Shown in pieces: positions 16,736 through 26,235 of a DNA stretch of 29,050 bases; within the stretch, counting starts at the first letter, position 1, and each line of letters begins with the position of its first letter. Source of the stretch: Acidobacteriota bacterium. GTDB taxonomy: Bacteria > Acidobacteriota > Thermoanaerobaculia > Multivoradales > UBA5704. The position numbers were made by a program, and so were the translations under genes. The notes under the pieces were generated by a model that was given only the letters and a program-made list of their open reading frames with translations, searched no databases and had not been told where the DNA came from. The DNA lies in assembly GCA_040005235.1 (NCBI GenBank), contig JBDTZG010000062.1:1-29050 (forward strand), given 5' to 3'.

Positions 16736-18439
16736 ATGCGAGCCGTACATCTTGTTTTCCTGGGCCGCCACGCCGGGCCCGTCGTGCTGTCCGCCTGGCT
16801 GGCCGGCGGCGTGGCGCTGGGCGCAGCGCTTTCGCCGGGTGCGCTTGAAGCGTCCTGGGCGGCTCTCGAAGCCGGTGCCTCAGGTTCGCTTCCGGCCTGG
16901 CCCTGCCTCGCGTCGTCGGTGCCAGGTTCTCCGAGCGACGCTCGGGCTTTTCTTCTACAAACGGAAGCCTGGTCCGATCGGCTCGCCTCTTTGCCGCTCG
17001 ACGATCTGGTTTCGAGGTTGGATTCTTTGCTCGCAGTTCGCGACGCGGCTCTCGCCGCGCCCTGTTATGTGAACGAGCTGGTGGGCGACTCGCTGGTGCG
17101 GGTCTCTTATGTCGCGGTGGTCGAGCGCGGCATCGCCGATCGTGCGGCTTGGGGCAAGCTCGGGCCGATCGCCTCTCGGCTGCAAGCGATCGAGATCCCG
17201 CTCGCCGATCTGGAGGCGCTCTACGCCAAGGAGGGCGGAGCGAAGTTGCCGGCCTTGGAGCCCGAATGCGCGGCTCCGTCCGACTGCTACCCGAAACGTT
17301 TCGCGGCGCTGCTGCGCGGAGCGGCCGGCGACGCCGATACGTTCTGGGCCAACTTGACGCCCGAGAGCATGGGGGCCTACCGGCTTCTCGAACGCCCGAG
17401 CCTCGCGACCCTGCTGTTTCGCCTCGAAGGCACTAACCAGCGGCGCGCCACGAACCTTGCTCCCCTCGCCGGCTACGCGCGGAGCCTGCCGCCGGGCGTG
17501 GGCGCGTTGCCGCGTCCGGCAGCACCCGCTCTCGGCAGTTTCTACGACGAGGTGCGCTCGGGCGCCGTTTCGTTCGAACGAGGATTCGATTTTTCCCCCT
17601 CGGCACTGGTCCAGGCGCGCGCCACGGCGATGCGTTTCGTGCTTGCGGCGCCGCGCCCAGCGATCTATCAGTTCGAGCCGGCGCCGCTGGTTCTACGTGT
17701 GACCAACCCCGGCGGGCTGGTCGCGATCGTCCGGCCGACGACATCGCCTACGAGCCTCGGCGAGGGGTCTCCCTATCCGGTCGCCGTTCGCGTTCGCCGG
17801 CCCGGCGGCGGCGACGGCGAGGGCGTGCAGCTCGCGCCGCCGGACCGGTTCGACGAACGCGAGCGCCGCGGCCCGTGGCTGCTCGCGGTGCCACCCGGCG
17901 AGCTGGCGGTTTTGCTCGCGGTCTCGGCCGATCGGCAGCGCGCCGGAGAGCCGCTGTTCGCGACAACGGGCGTCTACCGGCTGTCGGCCGAGATTCGCCC
18001 GGTACCGGACGGCGAGTCGATGGCGCGGCTCCTGGCCGCTTGGAGCTTGCCGATAGAAGGCACGGTCGAGATCACGGTCCGGCCGCTAGAGCTCGACGAT
18101 CGGTCGTGTTGGGACCGGATTGCGCCGGGGAGCCTGAAGTGGGTGCTTTACGATCCAGAGGGGACCTACATCGCGGCGACTCCCACTCCGGACCTCAAGG
18201 TCGCGCAGTCTTGGATAGAGAGCGTTCGGCCCGCCTGCGGCGCGAGTCTTTTTCGTTCGTACCTGGAGCTTGCCCACCTCGGCATCGCGCGCGAGCTGGC
18301 CGACCGGCGCGGCAATTGGTCTCCCACGCCGGCCGACCTCGCGCTGCTCGAAACGCTGTCGAACAGCCCGGCCTTCTCGTATCAGCGGGAAGCGGCGCTC
18401 CTCCTCGGCGAAGCGAGGTCTCACGTTGCTCGGCCCTGA
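16736..18439 (+). CDS. Exported hypothetical protein (567 aa), candidate cognate immunity/partner of protein A
   Basis: Starts 13 nt after the stop of A; hydrophobic N-terminus VVLSAWLAGGVALGAAL; several Cys; no similarity to the gene after B. Confidence 0.65.
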   Translation: MRAVHLVFLGRHAGPVVLSAWLAGGVALGAALSPGALEASWAALEAGASGSLPAWPCLASSVPGSPSDARAFLLQTEAWSDRLASLPLDDLVSRLDSLLAVRDAALAAPCYVNELVGDSLVRVSYVAVVERGIADRAAWGKLGPIASRLQAIEIPLADLEALYAKEGGAKLPALEPECAAPSDCYPKRFAALLRGAAGDADTFWANLTPESMGAYRLLERPSLATLLFRLEGTNQRRATNLAPLAGYARSLPPGVGALPRPAAPALGSFYDEVRSGAVSFERGFDFSPSALVQARATAMRFVLAAPRPAIYQFEPAPLVLRVTNPGGLVAIVRPTTSPTSLGEGSPYPVAVRVRRPGGGDGEGVQLAPPDRFDERERRGPWLLAVPPGELAVLLAVSADRQRAGEPLFATTGVYRLSAEIRPVPDGESMARLLAAWSLPIEGTVEITVRPLELDDRSCWDRIAPGSLKWVLYDPEGTYIAATPTPDLKVAQSWIESVRPACGASLFRSYLELAHLGIARELADRRGNWSPTPADLALLETLSNSPAFSYQREAALLLGEARSHVARP

Positions 18440-18482
18440 CGATCGCCAGCCGCGTAGAGCCCCGCGCGGGCCGGTGGGCGAA

Positions 18483-18563
18483 CCGAGCAAGATTTCGATA
18501 GCTCCCCGGCGGGTCTTCGCTCTAGGCTCGACTCCTTATTTTTCGTTCTCGGGAGGGCGTTCG
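18483..18563 (+). promoter_or_regulatory. Upstream regulatory element copy 2
   Basis: CCGAGCAAGATTTCGATAGC at 18483-18502; TAGGCT at 18523; TCGGGAGGGCGTTCG before the ATG; motif-to-ATG distance is 81 nt versus 80 nt in copy 1. Confidence 0.7.
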
Positions 18564-21500
18564 ATGTCGGGTTCCAGATCACGCGTGGCCGTGGGTCTTC
18601 TCTCGCTCGCGGCGGCCCTCTTTGCGGGCGCCGTCGCAACGGCCCAGACGGTGGCCCTGCCGGCCAACTCCGACACCTATCTGCGCCAAAGCTCGGCGAA
18701 CCAGAACAACGGGCAGGACACGCTGCTGCACGTCCAGCAGAGCGGCCACAACCGCGTTCTGGTGGCGATGGATTCAGCGGCGATCGCCGCGGCGGTCGGC
18801 ACCGGCCACCTGGCCTCGGCGACGTTGGAGCTGTACGTCACCGACAGCGCCGGCTGGGGCACGGCGGGCCGGACCGTCGATCTCCACCGCATGGCCGCGA
18901 CCTGGACGGAGAACGGCGCCACCTGGAACTGCGGCATCGACACGATCCCCACCAACAGCCAACCGAACTGCACGACCCAGTGGGACGGCGGCACGTTCGA
19001 CGACGAGCCGAGCGACTCGGCCCTCCATCTCAATACGACCGGCGGCATCGTGCAGTGGAATGTCACCGACGACGTGCGGGCGTTCCTTTCCGGGACGCCG
19101 AACTACGGCTGGCTCGCGAAGCTCTCCGACGAGACGCTCGGCGGCAACGTCGACTACACCTCACGGCAGGGGAGCGCCACCGCGCAGCGGCCGCGACTGG
19201 TGTTGGTGGTCGAGAGCCCGGCGTTCGACCAGGTGCCTCCGTCGATCTCGATTTCGACCCCGGCGCACCCGTTCGTGATCAACGACACGACCCCCGCGAT
19301 CTCGGTCTCCTATGCCGACGGCGGCAGCGGCATTTCGACCGCGACGCTCGACGTGCGGGTGGACGGCACGGCGTCGGTCTGCACGGCGGGCGCCTCCTCG
19401 GCGACCTGCGAGCCCGCGACGCTCGCGCAGGGCACGCACACGATCTCGGCTTCGATCCGCGACCAGGCGGGAAACGCCGCGACAACCGCCGCGCGCAGCT
19501 TCACCCTGTTGATCGGCCCGGGTCTACGTACCGCGACGTTTACCGCGACGGCCGACACGACGCTCAAAAAAAGCTCCGCGAACCAGGTGTTCGGCAGCGA
19601 CCCGACGCTGCGGTTGCGCCAGAGCGGCAAGAACCGTTCGCTGATGCGCTTCGACGCGGCGGAGATCGCGCAGACGATCGGCCAGGGGACGCTCCGCTCG
19701 GCGAGCTTGGAGCTTTCGCTGGGCGTGAGCAGCGGCTGGGGCAAGACCGGTCGCACGGTGGACGCGCACCGCCTGACCGCGGATTGGACCGAGCCCGGGG
19801 CGACTTGGAATTGCGCCATCGACACGATCCCCACCAACGGCGCGCCGAACTGCACGACGCAATGGGCCGGCGGAACCTTCGCGGCGGCTCCCTCGGCGAC
19901 CGTGCTTCACACGAACGGCCAGACCGGAACGGTCGCGTTCGACGTCACCGCCGACCTGCCCGCGGTGGTGGCGGGAAATCCTTCCTACGGCTGGCTGGTC
20001 AAGAAGAACGATGAGACGAAGAGCGGCAAGGCCGACTACGCGAGCCGCGAGGCCGGTGCCTCGGGTGCGCCGCGTTTGGTGGTGCTTTTTGAGGTGCCGG
20101 ACGGCGGGGGAGACACGGCACCTCCGACGATCGCGATCACGGCGCCGACGGCTGCGGTGATCTACAACGATTCGACGCCGCAGATCCGGGTGGAGTATTC
20201 GGACGTGGGTTCGGGAGTGAATCTCGCGAGCCTACGGGTGGTGGTCGATGGCGTCGTTCTTTCGGGCTGCCAAGTCGGCGCCTCGGCTGCGAGCTGCGCC
20301 CCGTCGTCGCTGGCGCCGGGCGCGCATGTCGTCGAGGCCGAGATGACCGATCAGGCCGGAAACCGCGCCTCGGTCGGATTCAGCTTGGCGATCGCGCAGG
20401 ATGACGATCCGCCCTCGATCGCCATCGTGGCGCCGGAAGGTACGCTGTACAACCCGTCGGCGATCGAGGTCGGGGTGACCTATTTCGACGAGTTGTCGGG
20501 AATCGATCCCGCCAGTCTCGCCGTATCGATTGACGGCGTGGTCCTGGCCGGCTGCGCTCGTACCGATTCGTCGGCGACCTGTCCGGCGGGAGCTCTCGCA
20601 GCCGGAGCCCATTCGATCCGCGCCGAAATCCGCGATCGAGTCGGAAATCCGGCGAGCGCCGTTCTCGAAGATTTCAAGATCGTCGTCGACGCGGAGGCGC
20701 CGATCGTGACGATCACCTCGCCGCCTTCGACCGGCAGCACCGCGGGCGCCGTGGCCGACTTCGAAGTCGCTTTCGAGGACGCCGGCTCCGGTGTCGCGAT
20801 CGCCACGTTCCGCGCGACGCTGGACGGCGTTGCGTTGTCGACCTGCGCCACGTCGCTCGACGGGGCGACCTGCTCGCTCTCGGGCCTGGCGTCGGGCAGC
20901 CATTCGATCGCGGCGGAGATTTCGGATCAGGCCGGCAACCGCGGCAGCGCAAGCCGCTCCTTCTCCGTCGCGCAGGAGCGGGTCGCTCCCTTCCTGCGGA
21001 TCGTCGCTCCGACTGGCGCTCCGATCGAGGGGATCCGGATTCCCGCGATCGAGCTCGCGTACGGCGACGCGCAAAGCGGCATCGATCCCGCATCGCTCCA
21101 CGTCACTCTCGACGATCTGGACGTCACGTCGACCTGCCAGGCCGACCTGGTGGCGGCTCATTGCGGCGCGCAGCCGGTGGCGGCCGGCGTTCACACGATC
21201 GTCGCCGAGATCTCCGACACCTTGGGCAACCCGGCACGGGCTCTTCTCGACGTGAAAACCTCGTTGACCCTTGCGATAACGATCACCTCTCCGGCAGGCG
21301 GCACCATCGTGCGCGAGCCGACCGTGCGCCTGGAAGGGACGGTTTCACCCGGCGCAACCTCGGTCGAAGTGAGCGGAGTTCCGGCCGAGCTGGGTGCGGA
21401 CTCTTGGGTGCTGCCGGCGATGCCGATCCGTGAGGGGGGCAATACGCTGACGGTCGTCGCGCGCTCAGGCTTGGGCGGCGTCGGCACTGCGACGGTTGCG

Positions 21501-24500
21501 GTGATCCGCGATTCCGAAGCGCCGCGGGTGGCGATCCTCACCCCGCACGACGGCTTCGTCACCAGCGCCTCGCAGATCGTGGTCTCGGGCGATCTGGTCG
21601 ATTCGGTCTCGACTTCATCCCAGCAGCGCGCGCTCAAAGTTCGGGTCAACGATCACGATGCGGTGGTCGAGCGGAAGAGCTTCGTGCTCACCGACCTTCT
21701 TCTCCTTCCCGGCGAGAACCGGATCGAAGTGACGGCGGAGGACGAAGCGGGCAACGTCGGCCATTCAGCGATTTCGGTCCGCTTCGTGCCGGACGCGGTG
21801 GCGCGGATCGAAGAGATCTCGGGCAACTTCCAAGAGGCGGCGATCCGCGACACGCTGGAGCAACCCCTGGTGGTGCGGGTCGTCGATTTCCTCGGCCGTC
21901 CGCTCGCCGGGCGGACGGTCGATTTCGCGGTCACCCGCGGAGACGGTTCATTGCTCTCCTTCCCCGACGCGGCGCGCCATTTGTCGGCCACCACCAACGA
22001 GGAAGGTCTCGCCGCGATGCGCTTCGCGCTCGGCACGCGGGCGGGAGCGGGCAATCAAGAGGTGACGGTCGGCTCGGTCGGTATCCCCGGCTCGGTGTTG
22101 TTCTGCGCCTCGGCGCGGCCGAAACCGGCGAAACAGGTGCATCCGATCGCCGCGACCGATTTTCAGGGCGCGAAGATCGGCCCGGCGGGGCAGGCCTTGC
22201 CCAAGCCGCTGTTCGTCCAGGTGTTCGACGGCTTCGGCAACCCGGTGGCGGGCCAAGAGGTCGTGTTCCGTTCGGTCGAAGGCGGCGGAACGTTCGGCGG
22301 CGCGCCCGAGATGCGGATCACTACTGATGATGAAGGCAAGGCCGGTGCGGTGTTCACCCTCGGCCCCGACGAAGGAATCAACAACAATCGGGTGGAAGTG
22401 AACTTCGACGGCGCTACGGATCCGCCCGCGCGGTTCATCATCAGCGGTCTGGTTCCCGGACCGGCGGAGCTGACCGCGATGGCCGGCATCGTGCTCGATC
22501 CGAGCGACGCGCCGGTGCCGGGTGCGCGGATTCACATCGGCTCGAACGAGACGCGCACCGACGCCGAAGGGCGGTTCCGCTTGAACGGAGTGCCCGTGGG
22601 CACGGTTCACGTGGAGATTGACGGCTCGACGGTCACCCGTCCGGGCACCTGGCCGCCGCTCGGCTACGAGCTGGTGATGATCTCGGGCCGGGTGAACGAA
22701 TTGGGTAAGCCGATGCGGTTGCCGCAGATCGACGACGCGGGCAAGAAGCGGGTGGGCGGCGACCAGGACGTGACGATCCCGATCCATGGCGTCGCGGGCG
22801 CGATGCTCACGGTGTTCGCCCATTCGGTGACTTTCCCCGACGGCAGTCATGAAGGGGACGTGGCGTTCACCCAGGTCCCCGCGCAGAAGGTGCCGATGGT
22901 GGCGCCGCAGAACGCGGGGTTCATGCTGGCCTGGACGATCCAGCCGGCAGGAGTGCATTTCGATCCACCGGCGCGGGTGTCGATCCCGAACTTCGGCGTG
23001 CCGGGCGGCGGCGGCAATCCGCCGGGTCTGACGGGAGAGATCTTCTCGTTCGACCACGACCTGGGCGAGTTCGTGAGCGCAGGAACGGCGTCGATCACGG
23101 AAGACGGCATGATGATGATGTCGAACCCGGGAATGGGGATCTCGAAGACCGGCTGGGGCGGCTGCCCGCATCCGCCCGCGCCGCCGGCCCAGGGGTGCGG
23201 GCCGGGGAGCTGCACGGTATGCCCCGCCGGTGGCGGGCCGCCGGTTTCGAACTGCGGCGCCTGCCAGGTCTGCACCGGCGAAGGTTGCCGCGACCGCAAG
23301 ATCGACAAGGTGACGGCGGAGGGCGAGCCGATCGACCCGGATGCTCCGGGCGGCGGCTCGGTGCGCCAACCACAAGACGGCGACGGCGGCGATCAGGCCC
23401 AAGAGCCGGTGTACGTCGGCGAAGGGGAACCCCTGCGGCTGATGTCGGACCGGCTCCAAGGCGACTGCTCGGCCGGTCAGATCAAGGCGGCCTGGTCCTT
23501 CGGCGACGACTCCGAGAACAAGGACGGGCGAACCGTCGAGCATACCTACGAGGAAGAGGGCGAGCGCATGGCGGAAGTGCGCCTTGAGTGCATCTGCCCC
23601 GGCAGCTTGAGGGCGACCGCGGCGCCGGTGACCGATTCGATCGCGATTCAGATCGTCAAGGCGATGGATGGATTCTTCAAAATGGTCGAGATGGAGGAGA
23701 AGCTCACCTTAGTTGAAAAGGACGAGGACGGCGACGGCAAGAGGGAGCATTTCTTCCGAGTTCTCGGCGGTGCCCGGTTGCGCCTAGAGCTGAATCCCCC
23801 GAGCGGACTCGCTGGACAGATCACGGAGTACCGCTGGCGTTTGCCCACGGGACCGGACCCCGGCGTTTTCTTTGACGGCTATGGTCCAGACGCGAACGTC
23901 TTGGCCGGCGACAACCTCAAGGGCGCGAACCTTCGTTCGATCTATTGGGAGGCTCCAAAGTTGATCAATAAGGATCTCTCGGTGGAGGTCTTCATCAACG
24001 TGAAGAGCTTGGACGCGCCACTGCGTTTGAGGAGACGAATTAAGACCCGTGTCCTCACGGTGGGGATCGACGACGGTGACGACATCAAGATGCTCCAGTC
24101 GCAGCTCCGGCTCTTCGGTTTTACTGGTGGCAACACGCCTGGATACGCGGGTACGCCGATCATGGTGGACGGGACATTCAGTGCTCCATTGACCCGCGGT
24201 GTAATACGAATCCAGGATGCTGACAACCTTCCAATGAGCGGACAAGTGAGGGATTTGACCCTCGAGCACCTCGCGAGGCACTGGGCGGATTTCTATCGTG
24301 CGTACATGGCATATCCAAACGATCCTACGATCGACAAATTTCATGGAGATTTCGAGGCGTGGGTCAAAGTTGCCGAAGGCGACCTCAAACACACCTATTC
24401 AGACGCTGCAAACCAAGCTGTACGTCCAGGCAGCGATAACGAAGCGGCGCGTCGCGATTTGATCCGCGCTTGGGCGCGCGAGGAATCCGATCAAGGACAG

Positions 24501-25295
24501 TGGGGTTTCCATGGCCGCAACTTCCGGATTACCCAGGGCAGCGCCGACGAGTACGCGAGCATCGGTTTCGATCAGATCCTCAACAAGCACAAATACGGCG
24601 CGGCCAGCATCGCGACGATCAAAGCCTTGAACCTGTACCACCCTCAAGACAACATTCGAGGCTTCGTCGTCTTCTCCAACGACTCAGCGGCCATGTCGGC
24701 GGGCGGCGGCGGCTTCGACCGTGGATTTATCGCCGGTGATTACACTAAATCGGGTCATCCTACGGATTATCCCAGGCTCGTTCACTACAGCGACGACACC
24801 AAGGACATCCTGTCGAAGTCGATCATGGCTTACAACCGAGGATCGAGCGACTCCGCTGCGTTGCGCGAACCGTGGTCCGACATGCTTAGAAATTACGATC
24901 CGCCGCTCGCTAATACACCTTTCGGCCGGCGCACTGCGATGAACTACGCTTTGGAGATCGAGAGAAATGCCGGCATCGGGCTGCGCTGTTTCAACTGGAT
25001 GGAAAAGGTAATCACCACGGGTCCCGATGACAAGTGCGATACCCCTCGGACTGGCGCCGACGTCAGCGTGCCGAACCTGCAAACAGGGGTTCACGACCAG
25101 GTTTGTCTCTACGCCGGAATCCAGACCATCAATCTCGGAGGTGGTCAGTCTCGTTCGATTGCGAACCTGGCTGCGACTCCCGATCCAAAAGATCATCTCA
25201 CGACATGGTCCTACAGCTACTGCGAGCAGGAATGGCTGGGCCTTGTGAACTGGCCGACCCGTCGGCAGCAACAGCTGCCCTTGATGTTGCCTTGA
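18564..25295 (+). CDS. Giant Sec-exported multidomain protein B (2243 aa), paralogue of A, with C-terminal peptidoglycan-binding and lytic-transglycosylase-like domains
   Basis: Same RBS context as A; signal peptide ending AVATA|Q; N-terminus and core nearly identical to A. Tip contains GDDIKMLQSQL..FGF...VDGTFS..L.RGV..IQ...NL..SG.V...T (PG_binding_1 pattern) and SLT motifs AWAREES, SIGFDQI, LYHPQDNI, MAYNRG and NYALEI. Confidence 0.85.
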   Translation: MSGSRSRVAVGLLSLAAALFAGAVATAQTVALPANSDTYLRQSSANQNNGQDTLLHVQQSGHNRVLVAMDSAAIAAAVGTGHLASATLELYVTDSAGWGTAGRTVDLHRMAATWTENGATWNCGIDTIPTNSQPNCTTQWDGGTFDDEPSDSALHLNTTGGIVQWNVTDDVRAFLSGTPNYGWLAKLSDETLGGNVDYTSRQGSATAQRPRLVLVVESPAFDQVPPSISISTPAHPFVINDTTPAISVSYADGGSGISTATLDVRVDGTASVCTAGASSATCEPATLAQGTHTISASIRDQAGNAATTAARSFTLLIGPGLRTATFTATADTTLKKSSANQVFGSDPTLRLRQSGKNRSLMRFDAAEIAQTIGQGTLRSASLELSLGVSSGWGKTGRTVDAHRLTADWTEPGATWNCAIDTIPTNGAPNCTTQWAGGTFAAAPSATVLHTNGQTGTVAFDVTADLPAVVAGNPSYGWLVKKNDETKSGKADYASREAGASGAPRLVVLFEVPDGGGDTAPPTIAITAPTAAVIYNDSTPQIRVEYSDVGSGVNLASLRVVVDGVVLSGCQVGASAASCAPSSLAPGAHVVEAEMTDQAGNRASVGFSLAIAQDDDPPSIAIVAPEGTLYNPSAIEVGVTYFDELSGIDPASLAVSIDGVVLAGCARTDSSATCPAGALAAGAHSIRAEIRDRVGNPASAVLEDFKIVVDAEAPIVTITSPPSTGSTAGAVADFEVAFEDAGSGVAIATFRATLDGVALSTCATSLDGATCSLSGLASGSHSIAAEISDQAGNRGSASRSFSVAQERVAPFLRIVAPTGAPIEGIRIPAIELAYGDAQSGIDPASLHVTLDDLDVTSTCQADLVAAHCGAQPVAAGVHTIVAEISDTLGNPARALLDVKTSLTLAITITSPAGGTIVREPTVRLEGTVSPGATSVEVSGVPAELGADSWVLPAMPIREGGNTLTVVARSGLGGVGTATVAVIRDSEAPRVAILTPHDGFVTSASQIVVSGDLVDSVSTSSQQRALKVRVNDHDAVVERKSFVLTDLLLLPGENRIEVTAEDEAGNVGHSAISVRFVPDAVARIEEISGNFQEAAIRDTLEQPLVVRVVDFLGRPLAGRTVDFAVTRGDGSLLSFPDAARHLSATTNEEGLAAMRFALGTRAGAGNQEVTVGSVGIPGSVLFCASARPKPAKQVHPIAATDFQGAKIGPAGQALPKPLFVQVFDGFGNPVAGQEVVFRSVEGGGTFGGAPEMRITTDDEGKAGAVFTLGPDEGINNNRVEVNFDGATDPPARFIISGLVPGPAELTAMAGIVLDPSDAPVPGARIHIGSNETRTDAEGRFRLNGVPVGTVHVEIDGSTVTRPGTWPPLGYELVMISGRVNELGKPMRLPQIDDAGKKRVGGDQDVTIPIHGVAGAMLTVFAHSVTFPDGSHEGDVAFTQVPAQKVPMVAPQNAGFMLAWTIQPAGVHFDPPARVSIPNFGVPGGGGNPPGLTGEIFSFDHDLGEFVSAGTASITEDGMMMMSNPGMGISKTGWGGCPHPPAPPAQGCGPGSCTVCPAGGGPPVSNCGACQVCTGEGCRDRKIDKVTAEGEPIDPDAPGGGSVRQPQDGDGGDQAQEPVYVGEGEPLRLMSDRLQGDCSAGQIKAAWSFGDDSENKDGRTVEHTYEEEGERMAEVRLECICPGSLRATAAPVTDSIAIQIVKAMDGFFKMVEMEEKLTLVEKDEDGDGKREHFFRVLGGARLRLELNPPSGLAGQITEYRWRLPTGPDPGVFFDGYGPDANVLAGDNLKGANLRSIYWEAPKLINKDLSVEVFINVKSLDAPLRLRRRIKTRVLTVGIDDGDDIKMLQSQLRLFGFTGGNTPGYAGTPIMVDGTFSAPLTRGVIRIQDADNLPMSGQVRDLTLEHLARHWADFYRAYMAYPNDPTIDKFHGDFEAWVKVAEGDLKHTYSDAANQAVRPGSDNEAARRDLIRAWAREESDQGQWGFHGRNFRITQGSADEYASIGFDQILNKHKYGAASIATIKALNLYHPQDNIRGFVVFSNDSAAMSAGGGGFDRGFIAGDYTKSGHPTDYPRLVHYSDDTKDILSKSIMAYNRGSSDSAALREPWSDMLRNYDPPLANTPFGRRTAMNYALEIERNAGIGLRCFNWMEKVITTGPDDKCDTPRTGADVSVPNLQTGVHDQVCLYAGIQTINLGGGQSRSIANLAATPDPKDHLTTWSYSYCEQEWLGLVNWPTRRQQQLPLMLP

Positions 25296-25305
25296 GGCGA
25301 CCTTG

Positions 25306-26193
25306 ATGAACAATGCAATGCGAATCTTTACTCCTTGGATCTTGCTCGCGGCGACGGGCGCTTTCCCGTCCACCGGCATGGCGCCCCCGGCGGTGAAGCC
25401 CGGCGACTATCAAATGCCGACCTCTGCCGAGGAGCTTCCTTCTCGGGAGGAGTTCTCGCGCGCTCCCGTCGCGCAGATTAGACCGGCCGCCTCCTCGAAA
25501 ACTTCGGTCGAGCTCTTCAATCCTTCCGTGGACGAGTGGCGACTTGTCAGCCGGTCGGCCAAAGAAGAAGTCATCCTTGTCGATATCCCCAAGAACGAGG
25601 CGCCGACTCTCCTGCGCAAGAGCGTGCTGGCCACTTTTTCGATCGGGAGTGGCGGTGCTCTCGACGCCGTTGTGTGGGAGTACATGATCACTGCAGGTCT
25701 GTTGCACAATGATCTCAGCACGACCTATCTGGCGGTATGCGTTCTGGATCGTGGAGCCCCGGTCGGCCCTTGCCGGATCGTGCCGGTGGCGGACATGTCG
25801 GTGCAACTCTACAGACGGACCGAGCCGGAAGAGCTCTGGCTCTACTGGACCGCCGATTCAACCGAGCCCGAGCGTGCCACCAAGAGCGACGTGCGCCTTC
25901 TTCTTCGCGATCAAGACGCTGATGGCTTCACGGACCTGGTGGTGTGGCGGCGGACTTGCGGCGTGCTGAGCATCGCCGCAAGCAGCGCTCGACGGGACGG
26001 TGACCCGAAAAGCCTTACGAGGACGGACGGATGCGGTCTCGATTTCGCTCTCGAAAGCGATGAGCGCTTAGTGATGCGTTTCGACCCGAAGCAGCGCAGT
26101 TTTAGTGCTCCGATCAGGGATGAAGGGCTGCCGGCACCCGATCTGGATCTATGGGATTGGCTGCCAAGCGTGACGCACTTTCAGGTTCAATAA
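25306..26193 (+). CDS. Exported hypothetical protein (295 aa), candidate periplasmic immunity protein for tip B
   Basis: Starts 10 nt after the stop of B; N-terminal MRIFTPWILLAATGAFPSTGMA; beta-rich; DQDADGFTDLVVW Ca-binding-loop-like motif. Confidence 0.65.
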   Translation: MNNAMRIFTPWILLAATGAFPSTGMAPPAVKPGDYQMPTSAEELPSREEFSRAPVAQIRPAASSKTSVELFNPSVDEWRLVSRSAKEEVILVDIPKNEAPTLLRKSVLATFSIGSGGALDAVVWEYMITAGLLHNDLSTTYLAVCVLDRGAPVGPCRIVPVADMSVQLYRRTEPEELWLYWTADSTEPERATKSDVRLLLRDQDADGFTDLVVWRRTCGVLSIAASSARRDGDPKSLTRTDGCGLDFALESDERLVMRFDPKQRSFSAPIRDEGLPAPDLDLWDWLPSVTHFQVQ

Positions 26194-26235
26194 TGGCCAT
26201 GTCTAGGTTTTCTATGTTTGCTGGGAGTGCTCGCC

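Noticed and set aside
18270-18563. Longer start for protein B given by the ORF track
   Set aside because: Overlaps the previous gene; ATG 18564 has the same RBS context as paralogue A and is followed by a signal peptide.
13537-23543. Long antisense ORFs (911 aa at 13537-16272, 531 aa at 21948-23543, and others)
   Set aside because: Typical antisense shadows of high-GC3 genes; they are duplicated only because A and B are paralogues.
10774-25295. Assignment to Rhs, CDI, T6SS or RTX/T1SS toxins
   Set aside because: No YD repeats or DPxG-type Rhs core end, no haemagglutinin/TPS domain, no VgrG/PAAR and no GGxGxD repeats; the proteins have Sec signal peptides.
10774-25295. A/B duplication as an assembly artefact
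   Set aside because: The copies differ by many synonymous and non-synonymous changes, by Ig repeat number and by their tips, which is consistent with true paralogues.
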